From the NCBI GenBank assembly GCA_028534125.1, contig CM052817.1, positions 42,038,001 to 42,102,000 on the forward strand: 64,000 nucleotides of DNA, in the 5' to 3' direction. A model generated the notes under the pieces. That model saw nothing but the letters and a program-made list of their open reading frames with translations. It searched no databases and had not been told where the DNA came from. This DNA is from Lama glama (lineage: Eukaryota). Shown here one piece after another: positions 13,299 to 27,100 of the stretch; within the stretch, counting starts at the first letter, position 1, and the number at the start of each line of letters is the position of its first letter. The position numbers and the translations under genes were made by a program.

Positions 13299-13948
13299 CT
13301 AGGGAAAAAAGGGAGAAGAAGAAATTCAAGTAGTGAGAGTATTTTCAGCATATGATAAAATGAGGTCTTGTACTGCAAAGAAAAACCAGGAATTCCATGG
13401 ACCCTTGCCCTCCTACAGCATTCTCTTTTATAAAGACACATTTTTGTTGCTTTAAAATGACTATGGTTCCCATATTCCTACTTTATTCACCTTTGTAATG
13501 CTGATTTCTGCTTACTATGTACAATCATGACATAGTTATCAGTGAATATAAAAATGATAAGAACTCTTCACATACTTAAATTCTGTTTCTCTTTAAATTA
13601 CTTTGGAAGTTTTAGTTAAAAATTTAATGTTTAATGTAAAATCTGGCCCCTCTTAAGCCATCAAGAAAATAAATACTGCTGTGTTACTAAGCAACAATTG
13701 CTGGGTGAAATACGCATTCATTCAGAGAAATGGAGTCACATTATGCTTTGAAACAAGAATACATTTTTCAGTGTTACCAGTGTGATTCATGGTGCTGAGA
13801 GAGGGGTAGCATATGGCCCTATTTAAAGTTGCGTATGTTAGAGATCTTCAGGAAAACACATATTTTCACACAGTGACGCAGGAGAGTGTGTGTGATGCCA
13901 GGAAGAGAACAATTACCTTTTGGAGTCACTTGTAACACTTCAGCCAGA

Positions 13949-13969
13949 TCTCTCTCTCATTCTCTCTCT

Positions 13970-14008
<39 letters not shown>
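13949..14008. repeat. Compound (TC)n(CA)n microsatellite, intron 2
   Basis: Seen directly. Confidence 0.95.
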
Positions 14009-14010
<2 letters not shown>

Positions 14011-14019
14011 ACATCTGCC

Positions 14020-14400
14020 TTTGAAATACTCACAGAAGAATGGAAAAAGCAGAGAAGTACACATCCGTCACGGTGCAGCTTGATAAGCGGCATTATGACA
14101 GCGGTGTGCAGAGGGTGCAAGGAGAGCATAGAGGAAGGGCATCTAAGAGGATGGAGGTGGCGGGAAGAGGGCAGGAGAGTCTTCCTAGAAAGGGTGACGT
14201 TTGAGCTGAGTCTTCAAGTACACCGGGATGTTAGTGAGGCAGGTGACGTGAGAAAGGATTTTCAGGGAGCAGGAACAGTGTGTTCCCAGGGCAGCATGAC
14301 ACTACTATACGTACTTCAGTGGGACTTCCACTCAGGATGCGTAGAGAAAGAACAAGAGATGAGGATGACAAAGTTGTCCAGTACAAGCTCTGTAAAGGCT
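14020..14400 (-). mobile_element. L2 remnant
   Basis: ttcctagaaagggtgacgtttgagctgagtcttcaag...aggaacagtgtgt, typical of L2. Confidence 0.55.
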
Positions 14401-14625
14401 TATTTTGCCGTATGGAGGAAACTGAACAAGCATGGTCTGGGCAGAGAGTGTGAGCCGGTGTCAGATAGACACGCGATCAAATGCCAGTTCTCTCAATTCA
14501 GTTCTTAGGTTTAGGCTCCTTGTCCACAGTCCTTACACCCATAGGGCTTTTGTGAGAATCAAAATATTTTCCTTAGGAAAGGATCTGGAGTTTTCATCAA
14601 ATGCAAAAGGGTCACAGGGGCCGTA

Positions 14626-14700
14626 GGGAGTGGGTATAGCTCAGTGGTAGAGCGCATACTTGAGCTCCTGGGTTCGATCCCCAGTGTCTCCATTAAAAAA
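14626..14700 (+). mobile_element. tRNA-derived SINE (vic-1-like), short copy with internal deletion
   Basis: A box TAGCTCAGTGG (14637-14647), B box GGTTCGATCC (14671-14680), A tail. Homologous to the copy at 37099-37254 but about 9 nt shorter in the anticodon region. Confidence 0.75.
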
Positions 14701-15848
14701 TACGAAAGTGTCCATAACCCCCAAATAATTAGAATTCCTAACCCGGACTAGACAACCAGGTTTCACAGTTTCAGGGAGCACCATTAGTATAAACTTCCTG
14801 GGCTTGGGAGTATCAAATATTTTGACACCTATGTATGTATAAGAATACTAAACACATAGATAGATAGATAGATAATCTTTCTATATCAAACCCAGAGATT
14901 CTCTACTGGAATTAGAAGTCCTTTCATTCCTTCGCTTTTCTAATAATGTCAAATTTTCTTCTGTAAAACAGATCACAGCACTGTAATCTGAAGGTCTGAA
15001 CACTGCGAGGCAATCTACATAGAACTACCATTGATGGCCACACGGAGTTTTTGATTTGTGCAAAGTCCTGGCAGTATCAGAAGATAACCACTTTTAGAGC
15101 ATTTCCAACAGCGTATTTATCTTACGTATGGTAGTTTCCTCAAGTTATTTACATTCAAGTGTAGTTCAATCAATAAAGTTTTTTTTTAAATAAGAGGGCT
15201 ATGGAACTATGTATGTAAGAACTCCACAAGTCTACTGGAGACTCCCTGGACTGAGTGTTTTAAAGAACCACTGCCTGTGGCTTTCTTGTCGGTCAGAAGC
15301 TACCAGCCCACATCTAGGATAAGGATACTATGCTGACTTCACTTCAGAAGAGCACACATTTATTGTTCCTGTTTTATTTTTTTAATTAAAAAAGGCTTTC
15401 TTATAAGTCTAATGTAAATTTGTCTGCTTAGCACTTAAAGGGACTTAAATGCTCTCACATTCAATTAGATGATCCCAAAGTTTTATTTTAAAATAAAAGC
15501 TTTAGCCATCTGGAATATTTTCTGCTACATAAAATGACAAGCGTTTTCAAAAGGTGTAGGGGATTTCATAAAAAAAGAGTGGCAGGTATACTTATCCTGC
15601 CTCAAATTGTTTTCTTAAAATGCATTCGAAAACATTTTTAAAAATGTACAATACATCATACTTTGACCTGACTTCCAACCCTGTTTCACACACAAAAAAA
15701 TTATTTCCTGAAATAGAGATAGCAGTGATTGCTTTTTGCAATTTTGACAGATTTTTTTCAAGTGTAATGCATTATTTAACCTTCTTTTTTCCCTGACAAT
15801 GTCAAAGAAAGTAAAAAAGGAATATGTCTTTTTTTAATTGATGTGGCC

Positions 15849-15849
<1 letters not shown>

Positions 15850-15886
<37 letters not shown>
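15850..15886. repeat. (CA)n microsatellite, intron 2
   Basis: Perfect run of about 18 units. Confidence 0.95.
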
Positions 15887-15888
<2 letters not shown>

Positions 15889-16832
15889 GTGTTAACCTAT
15901 AGCAATTCCATCTTACAGTCTTTCATAAGGGTGAAAACCCACTGATGCCACTCCTTAAAATTTTTCTATCTAAAAACTTTCTCTTTTCCCCCCTTCAAGA
16001 TTCTTGTTCTAAAGTTCTTTCTTAAGAGAAGCCTTTAAAGGGATGGCTGTTCAGGCTGTCACCTAGGGTAGAGATGATCAGAACGCTGAGGACCGACACA
16101 TGACTGGCAGGCCCTTAGCCATTCCAAATCCCACATTAAAACAGGAGTAAAGGCAGTCAGACTGTTTTGGCTTTCTTAATTGACTTCTAATTTAATGTTT
16201 TGTCTGAAAATTTCTTCCAGCTACAATGGAACAGAACCATTTGAAACAAACATTTCAGTGAGTTATTTCATCAAGAGATCTAGTTTCTTCTGGACAGATC
16301 GACTGTTCCTGTCAGTATTCCTGGCCCTGTCCAGACAAGATGGTGACCCTAAGTGGTACATCTCTGTTCCTTGTGTTACAAATGAAGCATCTTTATAGCA
16401 GAGTCACCAGCAGCATTGGCATTTAAATATATATACTTTACCATTACACAATTTTGAATTATAAATGTTTCAGGCTACTTGTAATTTTTGAAATCATCTT
16501 TGAATTATAAAAAGTCCTTTAACAAAATATATTGTTTTAAAATAATAGAACTGGATTATTTCCTTAGAAAAAGTCAAGTCAACATAAAGACTTTTTGAAC
16601 AGTTTAGGTGCGAAGTAGAGTGGTAAATCAAATTTCAAATAAGCTGAAATCAGGACTCAAATCACCTCCACCCTCCCACCATCAGCCATGACAACAAAAT
16701 CAATCATTAAAATGTTTGTAAAGAACCCCATCTTTGTTTCAAATTCATTTTTTTCATAAATTTATTCAGCAGATGTTTATTGACTGTGTATCACTGTGTT
16801 AGTTGCCACTTTTACAATGAAAAACAATATAG

Positions 16833-16968
16833 CTTACAGAGAAAAAAATGTGACAATGAATATACATATGTTCATGTATAACTGAAAAATTGTGCTTTGC
16901 ACTGGAATTTGACACAACATTATAAAATGACTATAACTCAATAAGAAAAAGTTTAAAAAAAGAAAAAA
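16833..16968 (+). mobile_element. Very short young L1 3'-end insertion with perfect 14-bp TSD
   Basis: gaaaaacaatatag at 16819-16832 and 16969-16982 flanks an L1-like 3' terminus (gacacaacattataaaatgactataactcaata plus A tail). Confidence 0.8.
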
Positions 16969-18289
16969 GAAAAACAATATAGGCAAGGTTCTGCCCATGT
17001 TCTTTGTTGACTTAAATTATTTTTCTGTTTAATTTTCCTTGATCTTACAAGTGTAAACACAAGTCACAATCAACAAGCCATAACTGCAAAATTAAAATGA
17101 AATGTTTAAATCAGCTAATTTCTATGTAACTTACAATAGTCTTGATTGACAAAATGAATACAAATTAAACTACTTTCCTTTGAATATCCAAATTATTCAG
17201 AGGTGGCTCAGAGGGACACTTTGCTTTGATTCTACTCATCTGACATAGTGAGGGCACACAGTGGATTTTTAGAAGAAAGGTGAAATTTAGCTTAAAGAAA
17301 GTAAAACTTAGATATTCCAGAGAAGACTAATTTTGCTTAATTGAAATCCAACGGTCAATTAATCCAAACAAAAAATTCTTCCTGAAACAATATTTTTAAA
17401 AACTTTCAAAAACCTCCTAACATAGTTTTGTCCCTTAGTGAACTTGCCCTATGATGATTGAGAATCCTGTAGCAAATGAGTTGAGGCTATGCTAACACAT
17501 CCCAATGCTCATTATGTGCGAATACAGACATAAATCTGCAGTATGTGAAAGAGGCATATAGAGAGCATTGAATCTGGATGAACAGCAGTCACAACTCTCG
17601 AGTTTGTGGGGAATTAAATCAATTTTAATGCTTTATTTCACTTTGATTTGCCTCTTTCTTCTGAAAAATTTTATAAAGGAGTAATGGACTAAATACAAAT
17701 AATTAAAGTATCATAGAATATAGAATATTGTTAAATAATTAAAATATTGTTATAGACTGTAACAAAAACAATTATAGACCAAACTGTGCTGTAAGCAAAG
17801 TTTTCCTGCTGCATACATTCCTACTTTCGGTTCCCCTACCTCCTTTTAGTGCTTTTTGTTCCCACCCCTACTCCTTCCCATGGGACTGCCTGGGGCAGAT
17901 GCCCCAGGCCCAGGCTGTTTTGGATGGTTGTGCAGGATGTTCCAGCACAAAGGCATCCACTTTGGTGGTGTGTGAAGTCTGAAAGCCAGACCCTGCTCCA
18001 GTTGCCCCCTAGCAGAGAAGCCCGGAGCAGGCAGCATCTGCCCAGAGGGGTGCCCTTGACTCTTTATAAGCGTCTCATGGGTCAGTTGTGGCCATACAAT
18101 GCTACCTCCAGAGCATGGCCATGTTTCCTGCTTGGCACTGGACATCTGTGCTTCCTGTATCTCAGTCCTTCATGCTGAACAGCCAAAGGAATATACAAGT
18201 TGGATTTAATAATCCCTCAACCTGAGGTAATATAGTGAAGAATGCCAACTACAGGATTTCTCCTCCTCCGAACTTGATGAGTTGACTTA

Positions 18290-18440
18290 AAACTGCTCAG
18301 GAACTCGTGAAAATGCATATTCCCAGGCCCTGGCTCCAGAGGTTGTTTTAGTAAGTCTGAGGTGAAACCCTGGAATTGCATCACGAACAGCATCCTGTGT
18401 GACTTTCATGGAGGTGAGGTGAGAACCACACTTGGAATGG
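18290..18440. mobile_element. MER5-like hAT MITE
   Basis: aaaatgcatattcccaggccc...agtctgaggtg...ggaattgcat...tgagaaccac. Confidence 0.55.
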
Positions 18441-21400
18441 CAGGGGGTAGGGTAGGACTTTCCTTTCTGCTGCTCTAAATAGCTCAAAAAAGCTGGGCTG
18501 TAGAGGGCTCAAAAAATGTGCCAGGTGTCATTATTATTTCATTCTCACCGTAATTCCATGACTCTTAGGATGCTATTATCTGATTTCCCAGCCAGAAAAG
18601 TAAAGAAAAGGATTCATCTAAAGCCTCACATTTATCAAGTGCCAAGATAAGCCTGTGAGTGAAATCTCATCTACTAATTCCTAGTGTCAAGCTCCTTCTG
18701 TAGTTCTGCACAAACCCAAGGGCATCTCCTAGGCTTGTATAGTCCCACCTGCCCTGAATTTGCTCCATGATGAAATGCCGATGAAAAACAAGCACCAATC
18801 CCCACACCATCCGAGACATAAAACACCATCTCTCACTTTAGGCTGAAGTGGATCTTTGAAGCTATAAGTTGATCCATTACACCCAGATTTCTTCAATAAA
18901 ATAGGCCCTTTAGCCAGATTTACATAGTACGACATTAAGGGAAAACTGACGTTTACTGCAAAGACAGATCCCTGAACCCATTTTTAAGCCTGAATTCTTA
19001 GATATTGCATTTTACTGTGTAAACTGAAAGCTCTGGGAGGGCGAGGGGAGTTTCTATTCAACGCCTTGACACAGCTCATAGTCTTGACTGTAAGAATGGA
19101 GTGCTTAATAAATTATTTTTTAATGATGATGATAACTATTACTCAAGCCCCCATTTCCCCTTTCAATAAACATGTCCAGCTTTAGGGGCTGCTCACTCCT
19201 CACTCTGCCCCCAGTGCAGGAAGTCCGGTCCAGATTCTCATCCCAGGCAAGCCAGCTGGCACCCTCTGAAACCAGGAAAGGAGGACGTTCTAGTCCTTGC
19301 TCAGGGCTGATCAAGCACACATTCCATGCCTGTTTCGTAAACTCTGCAATTAGCTTTCCTTCCAAACATGATCCCCTAAAACCCTGAGAAACAAAAATAA
19401 TTCCACCACATGCTTCTCTCTGCATCTTTAAAATAAGTTAAAATGTTTTTCCCCAACAGGCAATGAGCTATCATGCACACTTTATGAAAAGATCAAAGAA
19501 TACATGATAATCAACTTTCCCAAGATACATATATATATTTTTTTAGAGAGAGAGAGGGAAAAAAAGGCACAATAGGGATCTTAGAGATAGGATTAGAACC
19601 ATAGGAAATCCTTGCCTCTTTAAGATCTTGAGCCTGGGAATTTTGCTTTCAGATTAGTTTCCTTGGAAAAACAAAAATCCAGGAGATAAGGGGCTACTGT
19701 ATGCAAGTTTGAATCTAAAGAAAAAAAAAAGCCAACAATAAATGGGGTTTGAGGCTGGTCTAAATATCTCAGGGGGTCACAGCTGCCTGACCCCAAAATC
19801 AGAAAGTATTCTAAGAGAGACTGAAGATCTTCAAACAGCTGCCTGAGAGCAAATTCAGGAAACTCTGTTCTAACATTAAATGCTGAATACTTTCCAGGCA
19901 CTATTCTAAGTGTTTTATATGTACTATCTCATTTAAAGTGCTCATCTATAGCCATGCATTGTTACTTTAGTTTTCTTCCTTTTATAGTTGATAAAACCAA
20001 GGGATAGAAAGATAATGTAGAAGGACACAATCTAGTTGTGTCCTTCACCACCACTCATGAACTTTCACTCTTACATCTGGACCCACCTCAGATAAATCCA
20101 GAAAGTCTCCCTATGGGACTTTGGATAAAGACAACAAACCTGAGGAGAGAGCAAGAACAGAGTGAGGAGGGAGCATGAACAGACAAGCAGCCAGAGAGAT
20201 AGAGGCAGAAAGAGAAGGGTGCTCAGTCCCACAAAGAACGTCAGCCCAGAAATGAGTTAAGAAAGAGGACAGAGGCCCCAGAGAAGGCTCTGACTAAACC
20301 TCATGGCTCTCAGGGAAGCAATTATCTGCTCCTACACTCAAAGGTTCCCAAGGCCTCTGGAGAAGAAGACCAGACACCTCCATCCTTGTAAAGAATGCTG
20401 GAAAAACCTGCATGCTAAGCATTTGGTTTCATTGCCTGTTTAGGGTATACCACTAAGGGTTTTAGGGAGAGTTGCATGTAGATTAATATGAGTTTGTAGA
20501 CTGAATGCAGGCAGGGAGCAGCGCACACTGAGATGGTTGACCTTCAAGTAAAACTTATCTCACCGAATTAACAAACTTAGCACACAAAGGAAATCAGCAT
20601 AAATGTTGCCTGAGTCTAACTGTTCTAGGCTGATACTTCTGTTTACCACCTTTGTGTCCACCAACGATGAAGCATTTTCTACATGAAGATTTTCTGTGAA
20701 CAAAACAGATCTCTGTTCTGAAAGTTCATTCTAAGAGGGTTTCCCCAAGCAATTCATCATCGCATTGAAAACCAACATTTATAATACTTGGTGATAAGTT
20801 CTGTGGCAGACCCATCTCCTCCTTTCTAGATTTTAAAATCAAGTACTGGAGATACAGAAGTAGATGGAAAAAAAGATCCCCAAGAAGAGGTTGGAATGAG
20901 AGAAAGAAAGAGAAACATGGAAAAATATTCTAAGGATGAGCCAGAATATTCAGAATACTCATTCTTTAAAATTTAATATAAAAATATTATTAAAATATGC
21001 AACAATTAATTCCTATAAAATAATAGCTGAAAACAGTGTATTTGGTTCCAAACAAAACAAAATTCTTCTTTCAAGCTTTCTCCTATCAAGCATAATAGCA
21101 TTTAAAGGAAGAGAGAATTTTGAAAGTATGTAATTCTGCTTCAATCACTTGTTAACTGTGTTCACTTAGGAAGATATTTAACATCTCTGAGACTGTTTCC
21201 TTGCCTAACTATGTAATGAGATAATGTGAGTGAAAGACCTTTCAAAGAAATATGCAAATACTTTATCTCTGCCTAGTAACTAACTTTTAATAGTCTGATT
21301 GTTACTATAAAACCCAAGATGAAAATCTACAATTATCTATGAATATTTCTTGATACACTATGGATTTACTTTCCCCAGAATTATATGAATACTTTACATT

Positions 21401-24041
21401 TATAGTTCACATTTACACTGTAAATAGAACCCTAAAGTTACTGTCTATTAATTAAAAATTTTTCCAGTTTCATTGAGATATAATTGACATACAACATTGT
21501 GTAAGTTTAAGATGCATAATGCGGTGATTTTATGTATATATTTTTGAAACGATTATAAAGATACTCTTTAAATGTCTCAGCACAATTATTAATTTAAAGC
21601 AACTCACTAATAACATATTTAATCCTAAAAGTATAAGGGGATTTAGCCTTTTTTAGTGGTGATGAAACTTTGTAAAAGCCAAAATTAAATAATTATATTT
21701 AAAGTTATAAGACCAATTTTTTAGCATGTTTAACTACAAACTTAAAACAGGAAAAAAACATTTGGCATAAAACTGATCTGATCGTTGTTAGGATTAAAAC
21801 TACTTCTAAATTCAACTTCCTTTAAAGAAAAACCACTTTATAACTTAATTAGGTTTCCATTTAGAGAAAAAATGCTAATAAAAGCTCAGATAAGAGAAAG
21901 TGGGCTTGGACAATTGGTTTAAAAAGAATCCACATAATCATAGGGCTTAATTTTTTATCTACAATTCAGCTCAAAGTCATCAGAATGACTTTTATATCAA
22001 AGGGCTTCAGTGAGTGACAAGAGCAAGACTTGCTTTGTACTGTTTAAAAGTCATTATTCCATGAAATAACTTTAGCCTGCCAAGATGAGAAAGAATAACA
22101 GATGCTGTTTTTGCATTATCTGCATTATTTCGGCCAGCCATCCTTAGACATTTGGGTCAAGTTTCTGGAAATTTGTTACTTGCATTTGACAGAGGAATCA
22201 TGTATCCTAACCTCTCGGTTTGACCTTTCTAATTGGCATCCATTTGTAATACTTCGCTTTCTGTTGCAATTATCCTTAAGCTGGCCCAAGTTAGTCTATT
22301 TTTTGCATGTACTAGGACATGAATCAGAGTATTTTAAAAATTTAGATTTTCACCAAAAACAAACAAACCAATAGGAGAAAATTTCTTTTCAGGCATTGCA
22401 TATTATTATGATGCTTAGATGTTGAACATGTTTCAATCTTTTACAACCTTAAAGTAGACTGAGGAAAAGTTATTCAGTGTAGGTGTATTTGACCATTGAT
22501 TTCTATTCTGTATGTGGATTTTTTTAAAAATCAAGTATTTTAAAAAATAAAATGGCATGTTCTACTTTTCCATAGCAATGTAGAACTTTGCCTCTTTTAT
22601 GAAATAAATAATAAATAAATCAAAGAGTAATTACTTTGTGAATACTATATTATAGCTTGTTAGAATATAAATAACCAGCTCAGAAAATGAAGTAGGTAAA
22701 TCTGGTTACAATTCTTGCAATGGATGATCAAAGAAGTTGATGATTTTCCATTTATCTTAATATACTGAAATTTTAGTAGTTTATCACATTTAGATTATAT
22801 TTAAATTATTATATAATAATATATAATATTTATTAAGCACTTACACTGTACCTAAAACTGTTCTAAAAGCTTAATGTATATTATCTCATTTAATCCTCAA
22901 ATAACTGTAGAAATAGCTTGAATTCTATGATATCTATAATAACAAGCCACCTTTAAAATGCTAAGGAAAGGAAAACTAAAAGTCTTAAACATTGAACCAA
23001 GTGAAATTCTCATTGAATTTTTTTAAAGGTCTGTAGAGTAAAAGTCATAATTAGTAAGTTTCAATTGATTGTACTTGTAAAACATCTTATATATTTCAAA
23101 ACCTGGAAAAATTATATGTCTCCAATTTATTTAATAAGAATTAAAGGGAATAAGGATCAAAGGAGTAGTTTTAAAGAAGAATTGCTGTTTAAAAAGATTT
23201 AGTGTGACAAAACCTAGTACACTACAGCAAAAGCATAAATCACTTTTAAGGACTGTGCTTATGTACTAATACTATAATAAACAGAATCTGTGAGTGGGAA
23301 AAGTCAGCTAAATATATTTTATTATCTTTAAAATGTTTTAATGCTTCCCAAGTCATGCGCATTTTGAGAACAAAACATAGAAATCAATGATTTGTAAATT
23401 GATTACAAAATGTATAAGTGGTCTGAAGAAAATTTTAAGAGTGTAAAATTAGTCTTCATAGTTTTAAGAAGTTTTTGATGCAACAAAAATACAAGATAAA
23501 AATCCCTCAAATGAATCTAATAAAATTTCTCTATGACAGGTCAAACTCATCTCATTATTGGTTTCTTCCCTCCATATTTCTTAATTTGAATATGTTTTAT
23601 TAGACTCCATCTTTGACATCATGAATAGTTTGTAAAATTAAGTAAAAACATGATCTACTGAACTCACACACAATCACCATAAACATGTAAATTGAAAATA
23701 TAATATAATATACTGTCTTCATAACACTTCTCCTCACTTGGACCATTTTTAAAAAATTAACAATGACAATCACTTAGAGAATGCTATTTTCAAATACACT
23801 AATCCTTAAAACTTTTTGTGGAGTCTCTATTATCTTTTCAAGTAAATAAAATACTTAAATGATTACTTACAAAATACATACAATTCTCTTGGTTAAAGGC
23901 ACATATAATTTTACAAAAACAAAAACATTAACTAATCTGGGCAAATTGTCCTATCTACCAATTTGGAAAATCATTTCATTCCAGTTTACAAATGTAAAAT
24001 CTCTACAACACCTTTAGCAAATATAAAGTGGTTCTACTTAC

Positions 24042-24145
24042 ACTTGCATGGAGTTTTCCTTTTTTTGACATCGCTAAAAATTTGTTGCTGAAAACTCCTC
24101 GTATTCCTACAATCCCCTGAGACACAGCAAATATTTCCAAAATAC
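24042..24145 (-). CDS. FGF5: FGF5 coding exon 2 (104 nt cassette exon)
   Basis: Absent from the ORF track; read manually. Acceptor cctag|GTATTTTGG, translation (S)[34 protein letters not shown], donor AAGT|gtaagt. Frame matches exons 1 and 3. Confidence 0.97.
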
Positions 24146-27100
24146 CTAGGATGACAGAAATCCCAAAATAAAACACAGACTCCTCTATATATCATTGTGA
24201 AGAATTAAACTTCTACATAGATTCTTTCCATTCTTTATTACTGTGATTTTTTGAAGTATTTAACATCCTTATTTTTTGTGACATTCATTATGTAAAAGAA
24301 AAAAAGTCTAGCACTCAAGTATTCTTTAAAATGATAAATTTCAAGGTTCAAAAATTTAGTTGTGCTTCATTAGTAATGCTTTTTTTTCTTTACAAATATG
24401 TCACTTTTAGTAAGCAGTGTTTGACCATAGAATCTTTTCAAGTTCTAAAGAAATGGAAAAGACATTTTAAAATGTTTTACAAAATAATTCTCATGCATTG
24501 TTTTTGTCAGAGAAAATAGGGTGCTTCTAATATTAAAGGATATAAAGATTGTATTCAGGACTAGTATAAACCATGGAAAGCCTTGAAATGATACTTATTT
24601 ACATAAAAGAAATTCCTCTTCTCAAACTATCATAATTATAAAAGTACAAATCAATATACATATCATGCTCCATCATTTAGTGAGTAGCTCAAAGATTACA
24701 CATAACATACTGAAAGCAACATAAATAATTCGGGATTATTGGCTCAATGAAGTGTTTAATGGATTATGGTTTCAAACATCTTGCATTTTGAATGACTTTT
24801 CTGGAAAAAAATTTAATGAGGTATTTTATTACATTATTGTTCATATTTGGTATTTCATAGTATTATCAACTCGATGTCCTTCTGTGATAATAATTTGAAA
24901 GCCCACATCCACTGGGTCAAGTGAGTCACAGACAACACTTCATAGAGAAGATGAAACTCTTAGTCTGTACATAATTGGAATTCCTGCCTGTTTGCTGTGA
25001 ACTCATATATAATGTTATATGAACAGGAGAAAAGCATAGTGCTTTTTGTTAACAGCCTACAACAAATTAAAAAAAAAAGGCTAAAATAATATAGTTCATT
25101 AAAGCTTTTAAAAAGGCACCTAAGAAGAAAGGAAGGAAACAAGCAAGGTTGGGAGGGAAGAGGGAAAAAACATCTCAACATTTCAATCTGTATCTTGAGC
25201 ATATATTCTAATTAGAATATCGCAATAGGATTGTGTCAAATAGAGAAATTCACCAAATTTTATTAAAATAGCAGTCTTCCCCTGAAGTATTTGGAGTACA
25301 TAAAAATTATTCAATTTACCAAAAAGTAGTGTATTGTGGATACACATATATAATACATAGAATTATATAGATGAATATCTTTACAGCGCACTTATGTTGC
25401 ACAATGTGACCTAATAACTATAATTGCAGCAAATCCTGCCGCTTATTTATTCAATTTATTTTTAAGATTTGTTAAAAATACTTGATCAGAAAGTTCATGG
25501 AGGAACTATTGTTCTTGTGACAAGTGTGCTTAGCCTGGGGTAAATAAAATGCATCTCAAGAAAACTGCAGCTACCACTTTATTAGTGGATGTTTCTTTAA
25601 AATGAACAAAAAATATGTAAAAACTATTAGAAAGAAACTACTTTTGCTTTTAGGAAGAAACTCTTAAAAATATGTTTCATAAATTCATTCCTTCAAAATG
25701 TTTTCAAGGTGCTATTTATGATAGATTTTGCTATGTGAATTATTTGACTGTGATGCTCACCCAAAGATTTAGAAGCATTATCATTTTATCAATAGTAACA
25801 AAGCACATAGAATGCTTTGTAAAGATAAACTTACTATTCAATATAATATGCTATAATAATATTATTAATAAAACATAAATAGAACATCAGATACAAAGTT
25901 ATAGTTCTACCAAAATTACAGAATGATACTGAAACAACTTTAATAATTTTGGATATTTGGGAGATGGGGGGTGAATGTGACTACTATGTAAACGTGTATC
26001 AAAGAATGAAACGGAGAGAACATGAGAAATTGTCTATGTGTAGAATGACAGATGCAAAAGAGACAATATGGAGTTGATAGAAAAGGAGACTTGATTGTGT
26101 GTTTCCCCCAATTTACTCATAGTTCTACATTTTTAGAGGTTTTTCTATACCATTATCTGGAAAATCACCTAGTTTTGTAAATGCAAATCTATTGTGTATT
26201 AGTGAAAAAGAATATATGGTAGCATACAAGATAAAATTCTCATTAAGCATAAGTGTTTGCAGGCTAACATTTAAGAGGCCACGACAAAAGGGCTCTGTAA
26301 ATACTTGTTTAATGGGAACACTGCTCTGCCTATGTAAACTGTTGGTTTCTGACAACACATTCTATTTTTAAGAAGGACCTATTCTTGACTCAGCTTGTTT
26401 TCCAACACACTATACATTCTGTATGTACATGTTATGTAAAATTTGCACTGTAATAAGTTTTAAATGTGGGCAAGATGAAATCATATACGTGAAAGTGTTA
26501 TTTCACTGCATACCGCATGGCTTCTTTTCTTGTAAGTTCCAGTATAAAAAATGTTACAATGCCTGAAAATAAAAGAATTTTATAATTTTAAGAAAATTTT
26601 ATTTAATTGAAAGCTTAAAAATGTATTTTTACATATATCATTCTATTTAAAATTATGAAAAATCTAGGAAAGAAAAAAAGATGAGATTAGATGAAATAAT
26701 AGTTTTTTCACAGAGGCAACTTTGGTATGATCGTCTAGATCTTAAGGTAATTATGCTGTAATATTGGGCACCCTGTTAAGATCATAGTCTCCAAAGTAAC
26801 CCCCAAAGTTATTTCACAATGTCTTTTTTCCTAGAATTTTGGAGCATATTCTGCAAGCCTCACAATTCAACTTCCTGCCTCCTCACCAAGAGATCACAGG
26901 CCTGTTGATTTTATTATGCCAAATCTCAGTAACTCCTTAAAGCATTTTAAACCAATGTGCATTAAATCACACATATATATAAATCCCAGAAAACATTTCT
27001 CTAAAACTGAATTTTTTTTCAATTTCAGTAATTTCCTCACTCTTATTAGGAGTCAGTAATAATAAATATGATGGGAATTTACAATTCACATTAAGGGAGC

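Noticed and set aside
13783..13800. REST/NRSE-like TCAGCACCATG (minus strand)
   Set aside because: Only the left half-site is present; the GGACAG half is missing.
14008..14508. 166-aa plus-strand ORF in intron 2
   Set aside because: Lies over a decayed L2 remnant; no recognisable protein similarity.
14626..14700. Possible tRNA gene
   Set aside because: Anticodon arm is truncated and it ends in an A tail rather than a T-run terminator; it matches the SINE copy at 37099.
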